From assembly GCA_040954595.2 (NCBI GenBank), contig CM082576.2, positions 2,764,760-2,828,759 on the forward strand: a stretch of DNA of 64,000 nucleotides, in the 5' to 3' direction. The stretch's first letter is position 1; every line of letters starts with the position of its first letter. Origin of the DNA: Balanoglossus misakiensis. Taxonomy: Eukaryota; Animalia; Hemichordata. The notes under the pieces were generated by a model. That model had not been told where the DNA came from. It saw only the letters and a list, made by a program, of their open reading frames with translations, and did not search any database. Both the position numbers and the translations under genes were made by a program. Below are positions 51,501-64,000 of this stretch, in pieces.

Positions 51501-54500
51501 AGAGTCACACTGGCTGTGTTTACATGCCGAGTGCTGTGTTCTAGAAGTACGAGAAAATGTGGTCCAAATTAACAGAGACAGAATGGCCATAGAGTGTCTC
51601 GTGAAAGGTAGTCATTATCGAGTTATATGAATAAAGAAGCAATCCAGCAGAACGAGAGTTTACGAAAGATAACACTCTGTAGCATTCACGCCGCAGGTAT
51701 CTCCATTCACCGTGACAAAACAGGGTTTGGGGCCATAATAAAGCAATTAAATATCGCTTGAGCGGGTACTTGACTTCGACCAATATTGACCGAAACGAAA
51801 ACAGTCCATGCTGTTAAAGCTACCAATGCATCGCGCACCAATTCTACAACTTAGTGTGTTATTTTTAGAATCAGATAGAAGACCAGTAAACAACCACCGG
51901 CGGAGAGTTTACGTAAAAGTCTTTCAAAGTGTTTCTATTTTCCACTGTTTTTGTTACTGAATATACCCCAAGGATCGGCGTATAAACACAACATACAACG
52001 GATCTCTTAATCGATTCCGTTAACCCGCCACGGGCGTACTTGACTAGCTTAATCGTTGATCGACACAGCCGCTCAGGTCTGATTGTTTGGGCTGAGCGCA
52101 GCCAGGCAGAAGTACTCCTAAATCAATACGACCAGATTTGTTAATTTGCGGTGATTTACCATTATGTACCAAGAGGACTCGAGTAGCCAAAATGTCAAAT
52201 AAATGCCACGGCTTGTTTGCTTTTTTAGAACCTCGCTAAATATATACTACATGCCCATTTGTTGATGTACAAACGGTGTGTTACAGAAAAGTACTTTTCG
52301 TTTACCCTACGTGACCGTGTATGAATACATGCACATATACGCTTACGCTTTCCAAAATGTAGTTCAATCGCATTTTTGTAAGTATTAGACACGTGCGTGT
52401 GGAAAGATGGGTTAACGTTGTGGGTGAGCGGGTTGCCATTTGCCCGGGAAATGCTGCTTCCGCGCCATCTTTGACGTAAAACGGTACCTAAGCATGTTAT
52501 AATGAGCCAACAGAACGCAAAATGGTATACCTATTAAAGCACCTGCACGACGTCAAATTACATTGAAAGAACAGACGCAGCGTTATAGATTATCTCAAGT
52601 CAAAATATCTTTTAAATGACAAATGCGAACAGTGATACATACAGGCAGGGAAACATTCCACTAGTCTTTTTTGAAAGGCAATAAATCGTTAGAAGGACAG
52701 GCCAAAGGGAAAACAACTTTTAATCTTTGCGGTAAAATTATGTACGATGTAATTTGTAGCCACTTGAGTACGACTTGTAACGTCCGAATGACGTCATTAC
52801 TTGGCGTCGAAAGTGCCCTAAAATAGATCTTCTTGATTCTTGATATGAGTAACATTGCAACGAAAAAACGTGGCGCCAAAAGTTTCCTTTGGGGATTCAA
52901 TCGAGCTTCCATTCTGTAGTAGAAGCGCACTGCTGAATGACCCCGCTGTGACCTCCAGGCGAATCTGAAAAATTTAGGCACTTGTGTTTCTCACCTATAC
53001 GCTTATATCTCAGGTTTGGGTGGAAAACTTATTCATTTTTGAGCAATGTGTCATAGTGACAGTATAGCCGTGTGTCGACAGACACAGAATGGTAATCAAT
53101 AATCGTGGCTACCAGGAATATTTGGCGTATGTTTGGCCACAGTGGGTGAATGTTCTCAAAGTTAGCATCCGCGTTTCTGTAGGTTTAACAACATTTATTT
53201 TGAAGTCAGATACGCCGAACTATTCATCGATCCAGCTCATTCACGACTTAAGTAAACGATATATTTGTTTCTGAAGAATATCTGTTATTTCAATAACCAT
53301 TTGACGAATAACTCGAGTTAACATTCCTTTTCACATTTAGAAACACGATACAGGATCTGTGGCCCGCTGGAAGGCGCTGCAATCACTTGCGGCCACACAT
53401 CAAATGTCAGTGTTTTCCCCCCTTTCTCAATGCAGCCAACGTGTTCATATTTACTAATTCTATACTTCCGCCCCTCTCACCTTTAAACCTCGATGCGAAA
53501 TGCCAGAAGACCGATTGAACTGACGCTGACTTCTTGCCTTTTTTGAAAAGTGCGATATATGAAATTCTTTTAGGTCGAAGGAGAAGAATTTAATTTTGGA
53601 AAATGCATATCTCGGAGTTAATTGATGGTAAAAGTATTGCCCCGACAGTTTTGGTTTCATTTGTCGGGTCGCTGGACAGTAATGCCGACAAATCAATCAT
53701 GTTTGAAGTAATTATTGTTTTCGCCAAGATGAAACTGCGAGGCTTTTCACGGCCTCCTATCAAGTTAAATGGCAGTAACTTCATGGTGTATGCGACCATC
53801 TGAAGGCACAGTATCCTTTCGACCGAATGGACATAAGGGCGTCCTGCAGCTTTGTTACTTAAATTGCCTTTACTGAACATGCACAAATTTCATTCATGCC
53901 TACGGGAAAGCCTTGGCAAAGAATAACACACTGAATCAATGCTGGTTGTATCAAGACTGTGTTCAAATATGAAAAACATATGTCATTTGTTGACAGAAAT
54001 GCTCTGCCCAAAGCAAGCATTGGTGGAGGTTGGTGTTTTAAATCTGTTCCAGAAAGTATTAACGGCAGTTTTCATTGGGCGAGGGTCTAACGACCAATAA
54101 CAATGTCGGGTTATTGTGCACGTGGCATTGTTGGCAAATTATGAGGCCCTATATCAATATTTTATACAGGTTAATGTGTGTCAACTCGACCCTAGCGCAA
54201 CAGCGAATGTGTTGGGCGCGATGTGCAAACACCAGCTATATTGTAAATGCGAATATTCGATCTATTCACGCAGGGAAGTTTCTTTCATATGTTAAACGCT
54301 TTGTGCCATATTATGATCAGTAGACTGCATCACGCGAAAGAAAAATGTCTATCGGCGAGTTTTGTTCCAATTGCAGGGCCCGGTTGCAGGGGCAATTTGG
54401 TATGCTTTCTTTCTCAGCAGCACTTGACTACCAAATCTCCAAATTGTGGTTATCGACACATTCGAAGGTGTTAATGGCGATACGCTCACAGTACAGCCGG

Positions 54501-57500
54501 GCAGGCTGTTAAACTTAGAATTCAAATATGTTTGTATGACACGAATAAAAAAGACTACTGTGTTGGAAATGATTTCATTTTTAATGAATTCATCGTCTTG
54601 AACCAAGTCTAGGGTTTGAAGGGAAACCTATTTTTTTTACCCGACATTGAACTTTTGACGTCGCAGGCTGTAGGTGCATTCTCCAGAGACTTGTTGAACA
54701 CGCGAACTGGGCGCGGCGTCCGTGACTGGACGTTTCTAATACCTTTGACCCCCACAGATGAATCGCAAAAATCTTCCAAGCGTGTGTATAAACAATCTTC
54801 ACTTCGTTAAAACGTGCTGGTGTTTGGGTGCGTCGAATGGTAGGAGCTCAATACGGTTATTCAGTTGTGACATACGGCATGGGATGATAATCGCCAATGT
54901 CGGCGATGACAAGTCTTTCAAAACGGGCAGTATTTGACACAGGTGTTTTTAATGTAACTGTCAACAGGTTTTTACTTCACACAATACATGACGAATGGTC
55001 TACGTGACGATTACGTCAGCTTGGAACCGCTGGGTTCACTCAGTAAACCTCGTTGATACCGCTAAAAAGTTTAACCGTTAAATGGAGTAAAAATGTAAAT
55101 ACATTAGGGAAATCTTTCAGCACATGGCGAAAACAAACATCGCCTTGTCTAGCTAGTTTAGTTTGATAAAGAATCCCAGCTTTGGGTTATTAGCAGCGAT
55201 TGCAAATGTTAACTAGTACGATAGGAAAAGGGGCCGTAAGGAACAAGGAAAACGAATTAGAAAGTCAACCTTACCACTTCCAATGTCCGAATGTTCAGAA
55301 TCAGTTTATAAGTCCGACACGATTGGTTCCACACAACATGAATAATGTCGCGTCGCTGCCGTGTAATTCTCGATACAGCTTCACTTATATCATACTTTGA
55401 GCAGATAAAATTCCCAATAAACGGGGAACTATGCGTGATCTAACTAGACTTCCGACTGTTCCCCCTCAGGATGTTGGATATGGAATGACTCTGCTAGTTA
55501 TGAATGGGTGCGGAGTTTTACAATGTCAACGGCCCCGCGTCGAATATGGATCAACGTACACCAGCAGCGCCGGTCTCCTGGCGTTAGTTTTCATAGCTCA
55601 GGCGCGATGCATACATTGAACACGAAACTACCTTCACCGAGATCACCCAGCAGACCAGGGACATGCGCAATAATTCCTCTGTGACGGCGCCCGCTTCCTC
55701 ACCGCAGACATCGTGCGCCCACGAAAGAAATGTCACCCTGCCGTTAATTGGCTGCGCGGAATAACCACAACCACACAAGCTCGTCTTGTATTCTCGAAGC
55801 GGTAAAAAAATACGTTTCCGGTGGCAGAGGATAAACTCATAATCCGCCATTTCGCAGAATGGCAGTCATCATTGTGTGGTGGAAGTCCATTTTCAGTCAC
55901 GCAGTATGTTCGTTCGGTATGAGCAATCGCAATATATTGACCTCTGGGCGCGGATACAATGCTAACATATGTCACGCGCTAAAGATGCATGCGTATACTG
56001 ACTAAATGTATATGGCACGTTAACCAAAGTACGTGTGACACGACAGGATCATGATCAGCGAAGCATCGGCACCTCTAGCCTCGTAATTGGGTGCCTAGTA
56101 TGAAAGAGAGTGCGAATCAAGCAAATCCCTTGATATGCTTTCCCTAAAACTCGCTTGAAATTGTTAAAAACACTGCGACATTGTTTATAATGTCTCATCG
56201 CGGAAAAAACACGTATTTCACTTAGCACAAGTGAACACCATTTTGAATTTGTTCATTTGTAGGTTTGCACGACGGCTATCGAAACCTGATGCACGATCAC
56301 CGTGCCTGGTGATCTCAAAACAGTCTACTAGTCTTAATTTCTTTCTTTTCAATAGGACATCGCCCCACCCCAAAAAGGGCCACGCCCTGTCATCCAAGTC
56401 GACATGTCATTCCTAATTCAACAAGTGCGTGTCCTCATTTCTGTCGATTGTCAAAAGATATTCTACTTGCAAATTGAAATTGAATCAATAAAAAGCAAAC
56501 AAATGTAACAATGACGCATGAAAATTCGGTTAAAAGAGAAACCGACGAAAATAATAATTCCCCTTTTAACGGCTGCGTCTACATTTTTTCCCATTTCGAC
56601 GTGATAATCGTGACACCGGACTATTTGTCAGCTACAGGCGTCGTTCACTGAACAACATGACACGGGATTTGTATCTCTTCGGCAGTAAGCTGCCTTAACA
56701 ATGCAGATCGATAACGCTTAATGCTACAGATGGTCTGATGCTTTTCTGGTATCAAGCAATATTACTCTAATACGCCAACCATTACAGTGTTGGCGAACGT
56801 ACGCGTGACATTTTTGCCCGGCGACCATTTTCTAGTCGTCGAGATCATAAGGCTAATGATAAAGCTGATTGATAATTAATTCTAATGATGATAGTGGTGG
56901 TGGTGATGCAGGCATGTTAGGAGACAGAGAGAGAGTCACAAAGTCACAAAGACACTTGTAGAGACAAAAACTCTGTTTCCAACTCGGCATTGAGACCGAC
57001 ATTGTTTAATAAGATACTGAGCAAAGAGCGAGCTTCCCATTGATAAGCGCATCCTTTCAAACTTTCTGTGGTACAAACTTGAAAGCATTCCAGCTGTAAC
57101 GACAGAGCCCAAGACACTCATAAGACTTCATCCCACGGTACCACTAATTGGCAATGGCACAATATGTGCATACATACATGTATATCGTGCCACTGAAAAG
57201 TTCAACGAACTCAAGAGCAACTGTAACGACAGCAGCCAGCCGAGTTTCTCTCCATCGCTCGGACGGGTGTTGTTTCACGATGCAGCTGGTTCTGATTGTG
57301 CTTGTCGGCGGCCATAGCTAACCGGGCACATGCAATCATTTAAACTGACCCACAGACATGTATGCAATGGCAAACTGTGACAGATTGAACCTCCGACTGA
57401 CTTGCATTTAATGGAGGAGACCGAAAGTAAAGGTCAAAATGGCCACCTGACTTTTAAAAAAACTTTGTTTTGTACGTACTTGCGGTTTGATTTATAGCAA

Positions 57501-60500
57501 CGTACAACAGAGAATAAAAATAGCTCTTCTCAAATTGTTATTTTTCACCTAAAATCGGCAGAAATCTCTGGTATGCACATTCTCTTCACTTCACTTCCGG
57601 CAAGGCGGGTGGACTGGTGAGCAAAGTTTCTTCGAGTTGAGTGGATCTCGTCATGTGGCGAGACGAAACGAAATTCCGAGAGTTAAATTGCTATTAAAAC
57701 GAAGAGTAGTGTAGACGATAGTTCGTCTTCCACAAAACTTTCCCCCAAATTCAAATGATTGTTTATTCGGTTCTCGATCAAAGGATGGACAGATTGTTTC
57801 TTACCAATACCCGAGATCATCATAATGCTCCCCGTTCTACTAAAAAGACCCAAAAACGTACATGGACATGGGACAATGTACATGTACATCGGTACATGTA
57901 CTTCGTAGACAAATATTAATATAATAGGGACATGGAAAATGTAAAAGAGACTGTATAACACCTGCTTGTAACAAACTGCGCCTAAGCCCGTTGATAAAAC
58001 CGGTTTCTGTCCGCACATGAACAGCTTTCTGCTCACTGTATTGTAACAATCATCGCCGTCCTGCCCAGATGGTAGAATTTGCTTGCGTTGTATGTGCTGC
58101 GTTAACGTTATCAGACTAACTACCCCCTAATACGTAACCTGTTTGGACTCTGTGGCAGCTACGTCATGTGCCATACCGTTTGCACGCAACTGAGCAATAA
58201 CGACAACCACCATGCTGCCAAATAAACAAATACCAACTAAAAGTTAGAACAGGAAACGGGGGTGTCCTCGATGCAAAAAAGAGTCCTTGCCACCTAACAC
58301 GTACTCTAGGTTCACCAACTGAGACAGCGGATCTGGTGGTGAATTAACTGACATAATCGACACTCTTACTTCCCACGTGCTGGCGGGAAGGCAGGGTTCG
58401 GACGAGAATCAAGTGGATTCAACAGGAACTCCATTACAGTCTGTGACCGTCAATGAATCAGTCTAATTCTAAGTACTCGGAAATGTTTCGCATAGGAGTA
58501 GTTGAAACCAATTTTTGATAATGTAAACGAAATTTTATTAAGGAAACCGGTCTTTATTAACTTTAAATTTTAAATTGTTTAAAGGACTTAGATGGTCTGT
58601 TTACTACGAGGGTATACTAGTATGTTCCCCGGTCGTCAGTTGCATGCAGAGTGCAATTTGATCACAGTCTAGTCTTTAAAGTCTGCTTCTGGACATTTGT
58701 GCTGCCAGTCAGTTATGGTTTTCTTTCCTATATATTCAACCAACTTTTAAATTTATTATGATAGGTGACATCTGTCGTGACAGTGACAACCCCGGCGTGG
58801 CTGGCTCTCCCTTGCGAAAGCTATTCGCCACCATGTTCCAGCCTTCAAATTAAAATGTTGACCCTTCACTCGTTTTTGTTGGAATCGAGCGAATGTCATT
58901 TAATTTCACGACGTCCGGATGTGGAAATTAGTCTGTGACGACACTTGTTTCAGGAGACGGTCCATGTTGAGAGAGTTCGCATTCCTTCTCCAAGCCTGTA
59001 TCATTACCGCGCCTGCGCTGGAAACGTCAAAACATTACACAGAAAACCTACCAACAGGCAACAGAGTTCTCTCGCAGAGGAAGCTCGGAGTGAGGGTTTA
59101 TTTCCCCAAACGGGGCGGAATACAAGGCGAGGGCAAGCGGTGAAGTGGCACCTGGCTGTGAGACCAACAACACGTTTTACCGCTATCCCCCAAGGCACGG
59201 TGAAATGGACACAGAGACGGTCTTATTGCCATCAAAATAACAAACACTGTGGCTAGTCTGCATCGTTCCTTCAACAATATCATGAAACGGTCCTCAGGGC
59301 ATACATTAAAACATATTTTCCCTGGATACATGACTTCTATTAAAAGGCCTCTCCCGAGGCGAGTACATTTACGTAAAGGAAGCATTAAAATTAGGAGAGC
59401 AAGTCTCTCCACCGGACCACCATAGTTCTGCCATCGCGGATCTCAGTTTATTGGCGACAGTCACGTGGTTCACATGAAACCAATCAGGCTATTTTGTGGC
59501 TAGATTTTGGTTAAATGACTAAAAACTGCACCATTGCGTGGTGGTGACAGAGCTTGTCGTGACAGGCACCAACGAGCCCGAGTACAGTGACTTGTAACGT
59601 TGCAGGATTACAATTTTCGGGGCGTGCTGGGGCGGAGGTGGGCAGTAATAACTGGGATATTAGAGATGTATCGAATGTCAATACTGTAATGAAGATTTCA
59701 CGCTGTGTGTCCTGCCCCGGCAAATTATCGCTATTCAATCAAGTGATACGCTTACAGCGTCCGATACAGCCAACTATCGTGTTTTCGACTTGTCACTTTG
59801 ACCCCGACAGTGACTGTGGTGAGTCAGCGCGTGCGCATCTGACAACTCAACGTTTGAGTATGGAGGACAGACTGTTTTATACGACAAAGATTGAACTAAA
59901 GCACTTTCTTTTTCGCGGGTATTTGACCTCTGCACCAGGAGGAGAGGATTTCGGTATAACAAACATGCCATGCGTCTTTTTTGCAGTACACTGATTCGGC
60001 TCAGGCTTTGTGTTGGTGGTAACGCTTACCTCGGAGACACATGATTCCAGATAGAAATAGAAGATTCAAATGTTGTAACTTAAGACTATATGAGAGTTCA
60101 TGCAATGCCATTCGACCAACTGAAACAAACAATAAGGGCGTTTACCTATTCTAAAACGGTCATTCAACTTATATCGGAACTTATCGCCAATTATGGAAAT
60201 ACTGTAACTCTTATTGTAGATAGGAATATGTTCGGGACATGAATCTCGCCTGTAAGCATATGTATTGTTGGTGAACAGGATTACAATATTTGTACAATTG
60301 GGCGATTACACAATGTATTCTTACATTTTTAGAATATGAAAGTTTCTGGTATCAAGCAAGCGACAGCAGTACGCATGTTGACACTGTTGTGACCTATGAC
60401 CCAAAGTTACGTTCTATCTGCGGTTGAGTTCATGGTCGCGCTGTGTAGGTCACGAGTGTTTCGTGTGAAGTTGATAAGTATAAACACTTGCAGCTCTTGT

Positions 60501-63500
60501 TACGTCATAACTTCCTTACTGTGTGCACGTATCCCCGCCCGAACATATAGCGAAACAGCAACGGAGGCAATACCATTAATATTCCCAATAAATGACTCTG
60601 TACTTCAGCGATGATGCATGTGAAGGAAACCGTTCTCCATCTCCTTTTTTAAATCATAAAACTGGTCTAATGATTGGTCGATTGACCAAGTAGAAGAGTG
60701 GAAAGAAAGCTCAATTTGTAATCAAATCAAGTAATGTACCTTTGACAGAATGGTACAATGAAATGCCCGAGAACACAAATGTTTTTTTAAAATTCGTCAC
60801 AGTCGCCACACTCGAATCAAAACCCGCTGTCCGACGAAAAACCACCTGCGCTGTGTTGAGCCAATGATCATTATGACAAACATCACGTGATCATAATCTA
60901 ACGGATCGTAGTATTAAAAAAGTTGTTTAGAATCGCTCAAGCAGGGCATGAAAGTAAGGACTCGCCGTCGATTGTGGTGAGTGGGCAACCGATCGCGACC
61001 ATAAAACTGAAACACTATAAAGTACATTGCACTTTGCGGATGTGTAGCGCAACACAGACAGACAGACAGACATACGTACGTGTGTTTAGATATGTGAGGA
61101 AAAAACTTCACCAGATTTAACTACCGTCTTAATAAAGACAGTAGGAAACCACATGACGCGAGGACAAAACGACACCCACGGAATACGGCCGCCGGGAAGA
61201 TGATCCCACAGTCAGCGCAGCTGTTCGGGGAGATAGCCGTGCACGTTCCTCGAGACATTCTATACTTTTGGTGGGTTTATGGCCCTGCTTAACAAGTAGG
61301 GATCAAACGCAAATCACTCGCATGGCAACCTCGCAAAGTTTCACCTTTTAAACAGCCAACGACGCTGACAGCGATTCGTCGCGTGTTTTAATGAGGATCA
61401 GAGACATCTACGCTCGCCGCGCATCCCCAGCCCACGTCGCAAAATGTCATGTTGGATTTTATTTGGATTTTCAAAGATATTCAATAGTTTAATGATTCAA
61501 TATTTCGTGGGTATTATCGTCCACTCAAGCCTTCGCTCACGCTGGTAGCAGTGGCCGACTTCAGTTAAGTACAGCCATAAAAGTTAAGGGGCGGCCTGAT
61601 AACATTAGCAGAGGGGCTGTAAACGACAATGTTTGCATATTGGGCCGTTATTAGTCTCCAGTCGCTGTTGTTGCCGTCTGCAAAATCCAGGGCATCTGAG
61701 GATAAGTCTATAGCAGGTCATTTTCATTATAAACTTTATTTTTACGAAGGCAGTTAAGTGGAAAATATAATGCGGTGTTGTTCACGACTTCGCATGCAGA
61801 CAATCGTTGATTCAAGGATTATTAAAGGGACACAAGCTGCAACTTTTGGCTTTTTTGGGTATCGCTCTGTGTACCAACTGCGCATTATTGTTCTTTTCCT
61901 ATACCAGGCTAGATTGCCCAGTATTTTGTTTGTTGACACACAACACACATACAGTGTAGGCCTATGTATAACGGCCATTGTTGACAAATTAATTCGAGTC
62001 CGGATTTGAATTCATGATCAATTTTCAACCAAGACAATGGTGACAGCACACGCGTGGGTTGTGTTGGTAAGATGAATACTTCGTGTTTCATCCAGCCCAC
62101 ATCGCGAGGTTGTGAAATATGTGGTCAATTCTAAACAGTTGGCGCGTTTGGTCGATTATCTCATCTTGCATTTGTCCTCATTTGATCCAGAGGCAAACGA
62201 TATTGCATTCAGTCCATGAGGCCAGCTCAGAAATTGCCACATGCAGACTAGACCGTAAATGCCAAGGACATATCGTTATAAGAACCTGCCAAAACGTGTA
62301 ACTACAACAGCAAGTCGTCACAGAATGTTATATATCTTTTCACCACCAGGTTTTCTGACGATGTGTATGTGCATTCAACTTTGACTCCGACGCAATAATT
62401 TCGTCAGTTGGTGACGTCATGCATGCAGTACCCCACTTCTTCATTCGTTGTATACTGTATAATTACGCGGACTGAGAAAAGAAAAGTATTAACGCAAGGG
62501 ACAGCCATTCTTTAAAACTTGCCAACAAACTGCGGACAATTGCAAACGGCATGGGCAAAGAATGTCAGTGCCATTACCCGTCAGTGGGGGTAAAATAATT
62601 ACTTTCGCTTGAAAAGCGACCAAATGTCGAGGGATTCGTAATTGTCTTGCGATTGGCCTTACTCTACAATGTGCATTGATTAAAAAGAAAAACTTTGGTT
62701 CCCTTTAGTTTCAAGGAGAACCCGGTAGTCTGTCACGGGACTGCCAGACACCGCTTTTTCTTTATATCGAAATCGCTGATGAGAAATTGTCAGCGCTTCG
62801 TAGACCGTCGACTCCGTCGGAAACCTGGCCGAATTTGGTAAAACGACTCCGGACCTATTTAAATAAACGGTGTGAAAAGGCAAACATGCTCATCAACATA
62901 TATTTGAGTACACATAGTTGCCATAGGCAGTTTACCTGAAATAATGCAATTATTTTGAACCGAATGGTAGTCTGCTTATCGCATTTCAAAACGATAAATT
63001 GGTCACAACAATCTTCCTTGTTTGTAAACTACACTGTAAAGTTAACCGATAATTTCTATTCAGCCCGGCCCTAGACAGCGCGCGAGGGGGTATTTACATG
63101 AATAGAATTCTCTCCCGTCAGAGGATGAGGCTGAAATCATTCAAAATCGGTCGGCATGCATAGCTAACGCTAATCACCAACTTCAGAAAATCAGAGAGAT
63201 TCCCCAAAAGAATTCTTTTTTTAACCGTCATTACGTAATCTCAAATGACCCTTTCACTAAACCGTTGTCCCTCTGTGCTTTTTTGCTGAAGGCGCTATAA
63301 TGAGGGCTTGCTACAGGTAATTGCCCCAGCAATTGTCAAGCACTTGCAAACATGTGTCAACCACAACCCGTGAGCCCAACGCTATAATACCCTTTTCAGT
63401 CTTTTCTTATCTTCGTTTTGGTTAGAAAAAAGCCGCAAAATAGCTTCATATTACTATTAGTAGCCTACATCAATCTCATACAGCCAGCAACCCAATAATC

Positions 63501-63939
63501 TATCAGGCAGTATGGTATATAGCGCCTGAATACAGTTTCTAGATTTGCCACATAGCCGCGATTGACGAATTCCAATCAAGGATAAGCGAAGTGAATGCCA
63601 ACTCACACAGCACGCATCCCCATTTGAGTGCCTGTGCAAATGCATTCCGCTAGAGGTATAAGCCTCAAGACCTGTGAAAAGCAGCCATCGTCGTAAAAAT
63701 GGAATCGGAACCGTTAACAGTTGTGTCGGTCCGCATATTAGTGTCATATTTTGTAACAAAGTAAGCGTTTTCAGCCGGTCGCAGCTGCCGCGCGGCTATG
63801 AAATTATACTGGTCGGAATGACAAAAGCGCACATCAAATGGGCGTTGTTACACCACTACTACTTTTGAAGGCATCTTCTTACCTGTTGTAAATGTGACAG
63901 CACTGGGAAGAATTTTGGATCAATAGTCTTTCCTTTCAG

Positions 63940-64000
63940 GTTCTGGCATTTGATTATCGAAATGTTTCGACTTTTACCCCCGTCATGGCTAGATTGACAC
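63940..64000 (+). CDS. Putative internal coding exon starting at the right edge (VLAFDYRNVSTFTPVMARLT...)
   Basis: Strong acceptor gtctttcctttcag|G at 63939/63940; frame 0 is open to the window end (only 61 nt visible). Confidence 0.25.

Noticed and set aside
40000-63900. Numerous 60-160 aa ORFs
   Set aside because: Random-like composition, many non-ATG starts, and no transposase, RT or other domain motifs recognised.
1-64000. CRISPR arrays, tRNA, rRNA, prokaryotic operons or defence systems
   Set aside because: The sequence is clearly spliceosomal-intron eukaryotic DNA; no repeat-spacer arrays, cloverleafs or rRNA motifs were seen.

Overview
Eukaryotic (animal) genomic DNA, most consistent with an invertebrate deuterostome-type genome; the taxon cannot be fixed from sequence alone. 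Four protein-coding genes are well supported. (1) CNTD1/COSA-1-like meiotic cyclin-fold gene, minus strand, single coding exon 1456-2394. (2) CEP128 centriolar subdistal-appendage gene, plus strand, 26 hand-spliced coding exons 6008-20657 (~1159 aa), head-to-head with CNTD1 across a CpG-rich promoter with an RFX X-box. (3) A 4-exon ciliary-type (TMT/OPN3/pteropsin-like) opsin at 23723-25694, with Lys296 and the three c-opsin intron positions but an unusual ECL2 and SRK motif. (4) An intronless muscarinic acetylcholine receptor, minus strand 37848-39719, with P6.50L and N6.52S substitutions. Weaker signals: 5' exons of a gene leaving the window on the left, a possible plus-strand host gene whose ~37-kb intron would contain the receptor, a TTAA-flanked MITE, an intronic 20-bp hairpin, microsatellites, and a sharp CpG-poor to CpG-rich transition near 23.4 kb. 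Most short ORFs in the track are noise. No CRISPR arrays, rRNA or tRNA were recognised.
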